64,000 bases of DNA, taken from Acidimicrobiaceae bacterium (lineage in GTDB: Bacteria > Actinomycetota > Acidimicrobiia > Actinomarinales > Actinomarinaceae). The stretch covers positions 14,998-78,997 of the forward strand of contig JAOMBT010000001.1 in assembly GCA_028344675.1 (NCBI GenBank), given 5' to 3'. Position 1 is the stretch's first letter; every line of letters begins with the position of its first letter. The notes below the pieces were generated by a model. It saw only the letters and a list, made by a program, of their open reading frames with translations, searched no databases and was not told the origin of the DNA. The position numbers were made by a program, and so were the translations under genes. Positions 9,856 to 18,223 of this stretch are shown one piece after another.

Positions 9856-11247
9856 GTGACCAAAGAAAAATATAATTTGATATTAGATGTTGATTCTTAT
9901 AAAGTTACTCACTTCAACCAGTATCCTCAAAATACAAAAAAATTGTATGCTTATATAGAGGCAAGAAATTTAAACAGTGAAGAGTTGATCTTTTTTGGTC
10001 TTCAAGCATTTGTTAAAAAATATTTATTAAATCCTATAACACAAGACGATATAGACGAAGCAGAAAAGTTCCTATTAAGTCATATTGGTGTTTTCAATCG
10101 TGATGATTGGGAATATATTTTAAATGAACATGGTGGGTTTTTGCCCATAGAAATTAAATCATTAGATGAAGGTACCGTCACTAATAAAAAAATACCTTTA
10201 TTAGATATAACTAATACTGATGAAAAAGTTCCCTGGCTTGTAACATATATTGAAACTGCATTACTACGATCACTTTGGTATCCATCAAGTGTGGCAACTA
10301 TTTCAAGAGAAATAAAAAAAATAATTTTCAGATATTTAGATGATACATGTACAAATTTTGATGACCAATTGCCATTCAAACTACATGATTTTGGTGCTAG
10401 GGGAGTTTCAAGTTATGAATCTTCAAGGATAGGTGGCGCAGCACATTTACTAAACTTTCTTGGTTCAGATACGGTAGAAGGCGCGATGTTTTTAAAAGAT
10501 TATTATGATGGAACTGATATTTCATATTCGATACCTGCTTCGGAACACTCAACAATAACTGCCTGGGGAAAAGATAATGAAAACAAAGCACATGAAAATA
10601 TCATTAATCAATTTTTACTTGAAGGTAAAGTAATCGCTAGTGTTATAGACTCTTACGATACTTTTGAAACTGCATCTAAAACTATATCTAGTGAATTAAA
10701 AGAAAAGATTATCAATTCAAAAGGAACTTTAGTTGTTCGACCTGATTCTGGAAAGCTTCCAGATACAATAATTGAATTACTAAACACTTTATCTAGCGAG
10801 GAAAATTTTGGTTATACATTAAATTCAAAAGGCTATAAAGAACTTCCTTCTTATATAAGAGTGATACAAGGTGATGGGGTAGATAAAAATTCAATTGAAG
10901 ATATATTAATTTCTATGAAAGAAAATAATTATTCAGCTGCCAATATTACTTTTGGCATGGGAGGAGCCTTGCTACAAAAGCTTGATAGAGACACTTATTC
11001 TTTTGCTATGAAAGTTTCAGCAATTCATGATGGAAACACATGGAAAGACGTTTATAAAGAACCATCAAATGATAAAACAAAAAATTCAAGAAGAGGTCGT
11101 TTTGCAATAGTACAAAATGATGAACTTGAAGTTGTTGATCTTGAAATACTAAATCAAACTAATTTATTAAAAACCAGATACAAAGATGGAAAATTGTATA
11201 ACGAGACGGATTTAAAAGTAATTAGAAATAAAGTAGAAATTAACTAA
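9856..11247 (+). CDS. nadV: Nicotinamide phosphoribosyltransferase (NAMPT)
   Basis: The N-terminal DSYKVTHFNQYP, DFGARG and the length of about 460 aa are characteristic of NadV/NAMPT. It has a GTG start. Confidence 0.85.
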   Translation: MTKEKYNLILDVDSYKVTHFNQYPQNTKKLYAYIEARNLNSEELIFFGLQAFVKKYLLNPITQDDIDEAEKFLLSHIGVFNRDDWEYILNEHGGFLPIEIKSLDEGTVTNKKIPLLDITNTDEKVPWLVTYIETALLRSLWYPSSVATISREIKKIIFRYLDDTCTNFDDQLPFKLHDFGARGVSSYESSRIGGAAHLLNFLGSDTVEGAMFLKDYYDGTDISYSIPASEHSTITAWGKDNENKAHENIINQFLLEGKVIASVIDSYDTFETASKTISSELKEKIINSKGTLVVRPDSGKLPDTIIELLNTLSSEENFGYTLNSKGYKELPSYIRVIQGDGVDKNSIEDILISMKENNYSAANITFGMGGALLQKLDRDTYSFAMKVSAIHDGNTWKDVYKEPSNDKTKNSRRGRFAIVQNDELEVVDLEILNQTNLLKTRYKDGKLYNETDLKVIRNKVEIN

Positions 11248-12256
11248 CGTCCCAAGTTCCTAAAGAACGTATAAGCTTATCTAACTCACCTTCACCTTTT
11301 TGTTCTTTAGCCATATCAATTTGACCATGAACTTCTTCGGTAAAAGAATCTCTCTGGACTTTTCTAAATACGCCAAGAGGTGTTGGGCCATATGGACCAT
11401 GGGAAAGTCTAGATAAAGAGAAAGCAATTGATGGATTCTCTTCATGAATATTGTGTACATAAATCTCAGACTCGTCAACATCTTTAGTGTCTACAATCTG
11501 TGCAACACCATTTCTGATAACTACTGCTTTGTGACCATCTTCTCCAAAAACTGTTTTCTCACCGTGAACTAAATTAATTTTATTTGCCACTTTTGTCTCT
11601 TTGTTAGTCAACTGCTCAAAAGCTTTGTCGTTGAATACATTACAGTTTTGATAAATCTCAACAAATGCTGAGCCTTTGTGATTTTTTGCTTCTTCTAAAA
11701 TATTTGCTGTAAGATCTCTGTCCATATCAATAGATCTTGCAACAAAAGTTGCTTCAGCACCTAACGCAAGGCTCATTGGATTAAGTGGCATTTCTACTGA
11801 CCCAAATGGTGATGATTTAGTCTTTTTACCTTCCTCACTAGTAGGAGAGTATTGACCTTTAGTGAGTCCGTAAATCTGATTATTAAACATAAGAATTTTG
11901 ATATTTACATTTTTACGAAGAGCATGAATTAAGTGGTTTCCTCCAATAGATAATGAGTCACCATCACCAGAGACAATCCAAACAGATAAATCTGGATTCG
12001 CTACTGACACTCCAGTAGCAACTGCAGGTGCTCTACCATGAATTGAGTGAACACCGTATGTATTCATGTAATATGGGAACCTTGCTGCGCAACCAATTCC
12101 TGAAACAAAAACTATTTTTTCTTTTGAAATACCCATTTCAGCCATGAAGTTTTGAACTGATGCCAGGAGTGTATAGTCACCACAACCAGGACACCATTTA
12201 ACCTCTTGGTCACTTTGCATATCCGTTCTTTTATAAGAAACTGGTACTTTACTCAT
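11240..12256 (-). CDS. korB: 2-oxoglutarate:ferredoxin oxidoreductase beta subunit
   Basis: It has the WCPGCGDY motif and a TPP-binding GDGD region. It overlaps korA by 8 nt. Confidence 0.9.
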   Translation of the reverse strand: MSKVPVSYKRTDMQSDQEVKWCPGCGDYTLLASVQNFMAEMGISKEKIVFVSGIGCAARFPYYMNTYGVHSIHGRAPAVATGVSVANPDLSVWIVSGDGDSLSIGGNHLIHALRKNVNIKILMFNNQIYGLTKGQYSPTSEEGKKTKSSPFGSVEMPLNPMSLALGAEATFVARSIDMDRDLTANILEEAKNHKGSAFVEIYQNCNVFNDKAFEQLTNKETKVANKINLVHGEKTVFGEDGHKAVVIRNGVAQIVDTKDVDESEIYVHNIHEENPSIAFSLSRLSHGPYGPTPLGVFRKVQRDSFTEEVHGQIDMAKEQKGEGELDKLIRSLGTWDVS

Positions 12257-14099
12257 TTATTATTTCCTCAATTTTATCAGTTAGCTCTTGAGCCGTAAAA
12301 GGTTCACCAGCAACTTTATTAATTCCACGTGCATCAACTAAGAATGCCTCTCTTACTAATTTAAGCAGCTGTCCAGTATTTAATTCTGGAATTATTATTT
12401 GTTTAAATTTTGATAAGAGTTCTTGTGTATTGTCTGGGAAAGGATTGAGATGAACAAAATGAGCACTCGCAACCTTTACACCTTTTTCATTAAGCCTATT
12501 AACTGCTTGTGTGATACCTCCATAAGTTGAACCCCAACCAAGTACTAAGGTATCAGCAGATTCATCGCCATGAAGTTCTAACTTATCAATATCGTTTGCT
12601 ATATTGGACACTTTCCAAGCTCTCATATCTGTCATATATTGGTGGTTTGCAGAGTCATAAGAAACATTTCCTGTCCCTTCTTCTTTCTCAAGGCCACCTA
12701 CTCTATATTCAAGTCCGGGTGTACCAGGTAGTGCCCATGGTCTAGCAAAAGTATCAACATTTCTTAAAAACGGAAGAAACCCATCTTCTGTATTGAGTTT
12801 TGTAATAATATTTGTATCTAACTTATTTAGTGTTTCCGTATCTGGAAGCTGCCAGGGTTCGGACCCAGTTGCTACATAATTGTCTGATAATAGAATTACT
12901 GGTGTCATATACTTTAAAGCAATTCTGGCTGCTTCATAGGCTGCAAAAAAAGCGTGAGAGGGTGATTTAGCTGCAACAACAGGTAAGGGGGATTCGCCGT
13001 GTCTTCCATACATTGCAAACAGAAGATCAGATTGTTCAGGTTTAGTCGGAAGACCGGTTGAGGGACCACCTCTTTGAACATTTACAACTACTAGTGGTAA
13101 TTCTGCTGATAAAGCTAATGATATTGTCTCACTCTTTAGTGCTAATCCAGGTCCACTGGTTCCGGTAACTGCAAGTTTTCCGGTAAAAGAAGCGCCAACA
13201 GAGGCAGCGGCAGCTGCAATCTCATCTTCAGCTTGAAATGTAATAACATTAAAGTTTTTATGTTTTGAGAGTTCATGTAAAATATCTGATGCAGGTGTAA
13301 TTGGGTAGCTGCCATAAAATAGACCTAGATCTGCTTTCTCAGCAGCAGCAATTAAGCCCCAGCTCAAACCAATATTGCCATTGATATTTGTGTACTCACC
13401 TGGCGGAAGGGATGCTTTCTCAACAATATATGTGTGATGAAATGCCTCAACAGTTATACCAAAGTTATATCCAGTTTTTAAAGCTTTGACGTTTGCTTTT
13501 GCAATTTCAGGAAGTTTACTAAATTTAGCATTTATCCAATTTTCTGTATCTTCTATAGGTCTATTAAAAGTCCATGAAATCAAACCAAGAGCGATCATAT
13601 TTTTTGATCTCAAAACCGCTCTACCAGGTAAATCAAACTCCTCTAAAGCTTCTTTTGTTAGTTTTTCCATTGGGACTCCAAATACTCTATATCCATCTAA
13701 TTCACCAGATTCTCTTGGGTCTACTTTATATCCTGCTTTTGTAATATTTTTTTCATCAAAAGCATCTTCATTTAAAATTAACATTCCATTTGGAGCTAGG
13801 TCGTGCAGGTGAGCTTTTAGAGCAGCTGGGTTCATAGCGACCAAAACATCTGGATTATCACCAGGAGTTAAGATATCAAAATCTGCAATCTGTACTTGAA
13901 ATGAGGATACTCCTGCGATTGTACCTTGAGGTGCTCTAATTTCAGCAGGGAATGCAGGTAATGTAGCAAGGTCGTTTCCAAATATTGCTGATGTATCTGT
14001 GAATCGTGTACCAACAAGTTGCATACCATCACCAGAGTCACCAGCAAATCTAATAGTTATTGCCGGAATAGACTCAACAGTTTTATTTTCAATCGCCAT
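12249..14099 (-). CDS. korA: 2-oxoglutarate:ferredoxin oxidoreductase alpha subunit
   Basis: It is a 616-aa fused gamma/alpha-type 2-oxoacid:acceptor oxidoreductase, paired with korB. Confidence 0.9.
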   Translation of the reverse strand: MAIENKTVESIPAITIRFAGDSGDGMQLVGTRFTDTSAIFGNDLATLPAFPAEIRAPQGTIAGVSSFQVQIADFDILTPGDNPDVLVAMNPAALKAHLHDLAPNGMLILNEDAFDEKNITKAGYKVDPRESGELDGYRVFGVPMEKLTKEALEEFDLPGRAVLRSKNMIALGLISWTFNRPIEDTENWINAKFSKLPEIAKANVKALKTGYNFGITVEAFHHTYIVEKASLPPGEYTNINGNIGLSWGLIAAAEKADLGLFYGSYPITPASDILHELSKHKNFNVITFQAEDEIAAAAASVGASFTGKLAVTGTSGPGLALKSETISLALSAELPLVVVNVQRGGPSTGLPTKPEQSDLLFAMYGRHGESPLPVVAAKSPSHAFFAAYEAARIALKYMTPVILLSDNYVATGSEPWQLPDTETLNKLDTNIITKLNTEDGFLPFLRNVDTFARPWALPGTPGLEYRVGGLEKEEGTGNVSYDSANHQYMTDMRAWKVSNIANDIDKLELHGDESADTLVLGWGSTYGGITQAVNRLNEKGVKVASAHFVHLNPFPDNTQELLSKFKQIIIPELNTGQLLKLVREAFLVDARGINKVAGEPFTAQELTDKIEEIINE

Positions 14100-14212
14100 T
14101 TATATTCTCCCTTTTTTTATTTTAATCTTTGCGGGGACAATGTAATTTTTTTTGTTGAGTTACTAAAGAATTTTTTTCATTTACGTTTTTACAAAAAACA
14201 CAAAAAAGAGCG

Positions 14213-14722
14213 TTATTCATATGATTTAATTCTCTGTAAAGGCCAATATCGATACTTGACCTTTAAACACCTGTCGATATCAATAGCACCTAAAGTTCTG
14301 GAGTCACTAGTTGATAGCTTCCTGTCATCTCCAAGTACAAAAAATTCATTCTCTTCTATTTCATATTTTATAAAATCATCAGTCATAGTTTTAGCCCACG
14401 GATCTGATATAACTTTGTTATTTATAAGCACACTTCCATCAGCAGAGGATATTACCTCACCAGGGAGTCCGATTACTCTCTTAACAACATCAATACCCTT
14501 TTCTTCATTTTCAAAAACAACGATATCGCCTCTTACCATTTCATTCTTGACTTTATGTGCAAAAATATAATCCTCGGGTAGTAGTTCAGGTGACATGCTT
14601 TCTTCTTTTATCTCATAAGTTGTAAATGACTGATTGTCATTTCTGAATAAAATATAAAGAAATACCATGATGGCTGTTCTAAAATTTATTATTCTCTTCA
14701 GTGGTTTTAACATATTCTTCAT
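14213..14722 (-). CDS. sodX: S26-family signal-peptidase-like Ni-SOD maturation protease
   Basis: It has the Ser motif ESMSPEL, the Lys motif KRVIGLPGE and a GDDRKLSTSDSR box. It is divergent from sodN with a 33-nt spacer. Confidence 0.8.
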   Translation of the reverse strand: MKNMLKPLKRIINFRTAIMVFLYILFRNDNQSFTTYEIKEESMSPELLPEDYIFAHKVKNEMVRGDIVVFENEEKGIDVVKRVIGLPGEVISSADGSVLINNKVISDPWAKTMTDDFIKYEIEENEFFVLGDDRKLSTSDSRTLGAIDIDRCLKVKYRYWPLQRIKSYE

Positions 14723-14755
14723 TTCAAATTATAATATATTTAGAGAAGGAGTTTT

Positions 14756-15142
14756 ATGAAATTATTTAAACCTACTAAATTTGCTTATGCACATTGTGAT
14801 CTACCTTGTGGAGTTTACGACCCAGCACAAGCAAGAATTAATGCTGAATCAGTTGTTAATGCATCTAAAAAGTATCAAGAATCTGATGATGCAGCATTTA
14901 AACAAAGATGTATCACAATAAAAGAAGATATGGCAGAAGAAGTCAAAAAAGACCTTTGGGTACTTTGGACAGACTATTTCAAGCCAGAACATCTAGAAAA
15001 GTTCCCAAATGTTCACGATCTTTTCTGGAATGCAACTAAAAAAGCTGGTGAGGCTAAAAAAACAGAAGATCCTGCAGTTGGTGAGGAACTTTTAGGTTTG
15101 ATTAATGAAATAGATGAGGTATTTCAAGCTACAAAAAGCTAA
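14756..15142 (+). CDS. sodN: Nickel superoxide dismutase precursor
   Basis: A 12-aa propeptide is followed by the Ni-hook HCDLPCGVYDP, with its His codon at 14792. Confidence 0.95.
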   Translation: MKLFKPTKFAYAHCDLPCGVYDPAQARINAESVVNASKKYQESDDAAFKQRCITIKEDMAEEVKKDLWVLWTDYFKPEHLEKFPNVHDLFWNATKKAGEAKKTEDPAVGEELLGLINEIDEVFQATKS

Positions 15143-16755
15143 TCAAATTTTTTGAAAAGGTGTCCTATATTTTCTAAAGGGGCACCTTTTTTAATTTCAT
15201 TTATTCCCCAAGTGTTTTGATCTTCTTTTTGAATAGCATCACTCACTATTTTCGAAGTTGTAGGCATAAAAGGTGTAAACATAGTTGCACAAGCATCAAT
15301 AGAAGTTATTGCACAATGCAATATTCCACTAGCTCTTTTTTTATCTTCTTTTATTACTTTCCACGGTTCTGTTTCATTTAAATAAGCATTAATTGTATTT
15401 ACATAAGCCATTACATTCTGAAGGGAAGATTTAAGTTCTACTTTTTCAATCATCTCTCCTGTTTTTATAAAACAGTTTCTTGCACCTTCAAGTAGTTCCT
15501 CATCAATTTTTTCATATTCAAAACTTGTATCTATGTCATCAAAGTTGTTTATGTATTGTGAAAAAACTCTTTGTACAAGGTTCCCCCATGCTGCTACAAG
15601 TTCTTCATTATTTCTTCTTATCATTTCAGCCTCAGAAATCTCTGAATCATTTTGTTCTGGGAGAATACTTGCAAGTGAGTATCTTAATGAATCTGGATTC
15701 CACTCATCTAGATAATCATTAAGAGTCTTTCCTATGCCTCTACTAGCAGATGCCTTTTCTCCTTTGATTAATATATATTGGTTTGCTGGAACATTAGTTG
15801 GTAAATTTAAACCCCCATACGCCAGAAGCATTGCCGGCCAGATTATTGCGTGAAAAGGTACATTATCTTTACCAACAAAATAGTAAGACTCGGAATTTTT
15901 ATCTATCCAGAAATCTTTCCAAGCTTCAGGGGTCCCGTTGTTAATTGCCCACTCTTTTGAAGCAGATAAGTAACCAATTACAGCCTCAAACCATACATAA
16001 ATCTTTTTTCCATCCCCAAGTTCATTATCTGGTATCTCTATACCCCAATCTAGATCTCTGGTTATGGCTCTATCCTGTAATCCTTCATCAACAAAAGATT
16101 TTGAAAAATTAATAACATGCGGCCTCCAGTCTTTTTTGGTATTCAACCAATCGGCAAGTTTGTCGTTCAAGGCACTCAATTTTAAAAAATAATGTTCTGT
16201 TTCCTTAAACTGTGCTGGATTTCCACTTATTTTACTTTTTGGATTGATTAATTCTTCCGGATCTAAGGTTATTCCACAACTGTCACATTGGTCACCTCTA
16301 GCTTCAAGGTAGTTACATTTTGGACATTCTCCTTCAACATATCTATCAGGTAGAAACTTATTTTCTTTTAAATCAAATGCCTGAATACTTTTGTTCTTTT
16401 CAATAAATCCATTTTCTTTTATTTTTAGAAACATTTCTTGAGTGACCTCTTTATGATTATCGGTCATAGTGGTAGTGTAATTATCCCATTGAATATTTAG
16501 TTTTTCCCAGTAGCTAAGAAATTCATCATGGTATCGATTTACTATTTCAATAGGTTCTACGCCTTCATCGTCAGCCCTCACAGTTATAGGTGTTCCATGG
16601 ACATCACTTCCAGATACCATGATTACGTTATTGCCGATCATTCTGTTATATCTTGCGAAAATATCTGCAGGTAAATATGCTCCACCAATATGTCCTAGAT
16701 GTCTTGAACCACTAGCATATGGCCAAGCTACAGAAACTAAAATATTTTTTGGCAT
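15139..16755 (-). CDS. metG: Methionine--tRNA ligase
   Basis: It has the HIGH-type motif SRHLGHIGG, the zinc knuckle CPKCNYLEARGDQCDSCG, a KMSKS-position motif KASASRG and an anticodon-binding C-terminus. Confidence 0.95.
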   Translation of the reverse strand: MPKNILVSVAWPYASGSRHLGHIGGAYLPADIFARYNRMIGNNVIMVSGSDVHGTPITVRADDEGVEPIEIVNRYHDEFLSYWEKLNIQWDNYTTTMTDNHKEVTQEMFLKIKENGFIEKNKSIQAFDLKENKFLPDRYVEGECPKCNYLEARGDQCDSCGITLDPEELINPKSKISGNPAQFKETEHYFLKLSALNDKLADWLNTKKDWRPHVINFSKSFVDEGLQDRAITRDLDWGIEIPDNELGDGKKIYVWFEAVIGYLSASKEWAINNGTPEAWKDFWIDKNSESYYFVGKDNVPFHAIIWPAMLLAYGGLNLPTNVPANQYILIKGEKASASRGIGKTLNDYLDEWNPDSLRYSLASILPEQNDSEISEAEMIRRNNEELVAAWGNLVQRVFSQYINNFDDIDTSFEYEKIDEELLEGARNCFIKTGEMIEKVELKSSLQNVMAYVNTINAYLNETEPWKVIKEDKKRASGILHCAITSIDACATMFTPFMPTTSKIVSDAIQKEDQNTWGINEIKKGAPLENIGHLFKKFD

Positions 16756-16810
16756 GCTATAAGGATAGTCCTATTAATTTTCATTAATTTAAAAAAATGA
16801 ATTGAGATTT

Positions 16811-16826
16811 GAAACATATAGGAAAC
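16811..16826 (+). promoter_or_regulatory. Candidate GlnR-type operator: GAAAC-n6-GAAAC direct repeat upstream of amt
   Basis: GAAACatatagGAAAC lies 85-100 nt upstream of the amt ATG. The 11-nt periodic half-sites resemble the actinobacterial GlnR box (gTnAc-n6-GaAAc). Confidence 0.3.
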
Positions 16827-16910
16827 AATTCAGTAATAATCATTTAACTTCTAAGAGGTGTAATTACTTATTAACTCCACTAGATTTATTTTTTAAGCAA
16901 AGGAGATTTA

Positions 16911-18113
16911 ATGGAATCAATGATAATAAGTTCAGTAGACAATTTATGGGTACTTATAGCTGGTATCTTAGTTATGTTTATGCAACCAGGTTTTATGTTG
17001 GTTGAGACAGGATTTACTAGATCAAAAAACTCAGTCAATATAGTAATGAAAAACTTTATGGATTTTTCAGTAGGAGCAATTACTTACTGGGCATTTGGTT
17101 TTGCATTGGCATATGGTGGTTCTACTCTAGGAGGTTTTTTGGCTTACGGAGATTTCTTCCTTGAAGGCCAAGCTAGTACATATTTTTTTCAAGTAGTATT
17201 TGCAGCAACCACAGCAACAATTGTTTCAGGTGCAGTAGCTGAAAGAACAAAATTTAGTGCATATCTACTCTTTCAACCTTTTATTTGCGGTTTAATTTAT
17301 CCAATCGTCACACATTGGGTATGGAGTGGCCAAGGATGGTTAGGTGACTTTGGATTTGTAGACTTTGCAGGATCAGGTGTAGTACACATGGTTGGTGGTT
17401 TTGCAGCATTAGCAGGTGTAATGATTGTGGGACCAAGAATAGGAAAATATGACGATAAAGGTTCGCCATTACCACTTCCAGGAAGCTCAATGGTGGCAGG
17501 AGCTTTAGGTGTATTTATTCTTTGGTTTGGCTGGTATGGATTTAATGTTGGTTCTGCTCTTGCAGCTGTTGATGTAAATCTCGCAGCTATTGCAGCTACT
17601 ACAACACTTTCTGCAGCAGCAGCTTCAATAGCCGCTATGTACACATCTATGATTTCTGGTAAGCCAAATGTAAGCATGACTTTAAATGGAGCTTTGGCAG
17701 GTCTTGTTGGAATTACAGCCGGCTGTGCAAATGTTAACAATTTAGGCGCTGTTTTAATAGGATTAGTATCAGGTGTATTAGTTGTTTACTCTATTAACTT
17801 TATTGAAAAAAAAGGTTTAGATGATGCTGTGGGTGCAATCTCTGTTCATGGAATTTGCGGTGCCTGGGGCGTTTTAGCAGTTGCATTTTTTGATACAACT
17901 GATGGCTTACTTTATGGTGGAACATCATTATTTGTACCACAAATTGTAGGTATATTGGCAATTGGTACCTGGGCTTTTGCAACATCATATGGAGTATTGA
18001 AAACAATAGATTCAATATTAGGTCTAAGAGTAACACCTGAAGAAGAAATAGCAGGTTTGGATGCTTCAGAGCATGGAACTACAGCTTATGGTGATTTCAT
18101 TACTAAAAAGTAG
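16911..18113 (+). CDS. amt: Ammonium transporter
   Basis: It is an 11-TM Amt/MEP family sequence (FMQPGFMLVETG, DFAGSGVVH, ISVHGICGAWG). An AAAGGAG RBS lies upstream. Confidence 0.93.
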   Translation: MESMIISSVDNLWVLIAGILVMFMQPGFMLVETGFTRSKNSVNIVMKNFMDFSVGAITYWAFGFALAYGGSTLGGFLAYGDFFLEGQASTYFFQVVFAATTATIVSGAVAERTKFSAYLLFQPFICGLIYPIVTHWVWSGQGWLGDFGFVDFAGSGVVHMVGGFAALAGVMIVGPRIGKYDDKGSPLPLPGSSMVAGALGVFILWFGWYGFNVGSALAAVDVNLAAIAATTTLSAAAASIAAMYTSMISGKPNVSMTLNGALAGLVGITAGCANVNNLGAVLIGLVSGVLVVYSINFIEKKGLDDAVGAISVHGICGAWGVLAVAFFDTTDGLLYGGTSLFVPQIVGILAIGTWAFATSYGVLKTIDSILGLRVTPEEEIAGLDASEHGTTAYGDFITKK

Positions 18114-18124
18114 ATAATATACAT

Positions 18125-18183
18125 TGAAAATCAGTCATAATTCATTCAGGTTTCCCCCTTTTTGATCGTTTGACTGATTTTCA
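18125..18183. repeat. 13-bp perfect inverted repeat with a 33-nt spacer between amt and gltB
   Basis: TGAAAATCAGTCA (18125..18137) pairs with TGACTGATTTTCA (18171..18183). T-rich sequence follows. Confidence 0.6.
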
Positions 18184-18223
18184 TCTTTATATTAAACAAA
18201 TATTAAATTACAATTATTAAATA

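Noticed and set aside
14019-14570. A 183-aa plus-strand ORF, the longest unassigned ORF in the track.
   Set aside because: It spans the korA start, the spacer and the sodX 3' half on the opposite strand. Its Ser/Thr/Ile-rich low-complexity translation is typical of an antisense shadow frame. Both overlapped genes have strong homology support.
16756-16910. A glutamine riboswitch (glnA RNA / Downstream-peptide motif) upstream of amt, and likewise at 18114..18223 upstream of gltB.
   Set aside because: I could not find the conserved GGAAGUAGG or GGAACG-type core elements that I recall for these motifs in either spacer.
16802-17005. A 67-aa ORF overlapping the amt start region.
   Set aside because: It has no RBS or homology and overlaps the well-supported amt gene in another frame. 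This region is better explained as the amt promoter and leader.
17297-17740. A 147-aa antisense ORF inside amt. Similar 110-145-aa antisense ORFs occur inside pstC, gltB, ALDH2, murA, dapD and pyk (for example 46112..46546 and 35756..36142).
   Set aside because: All lie opposite genes with strong homology. They have biased, low-complexity translations and no independent start or RBS context. I treated them as frame shadows, not overlapping genes.
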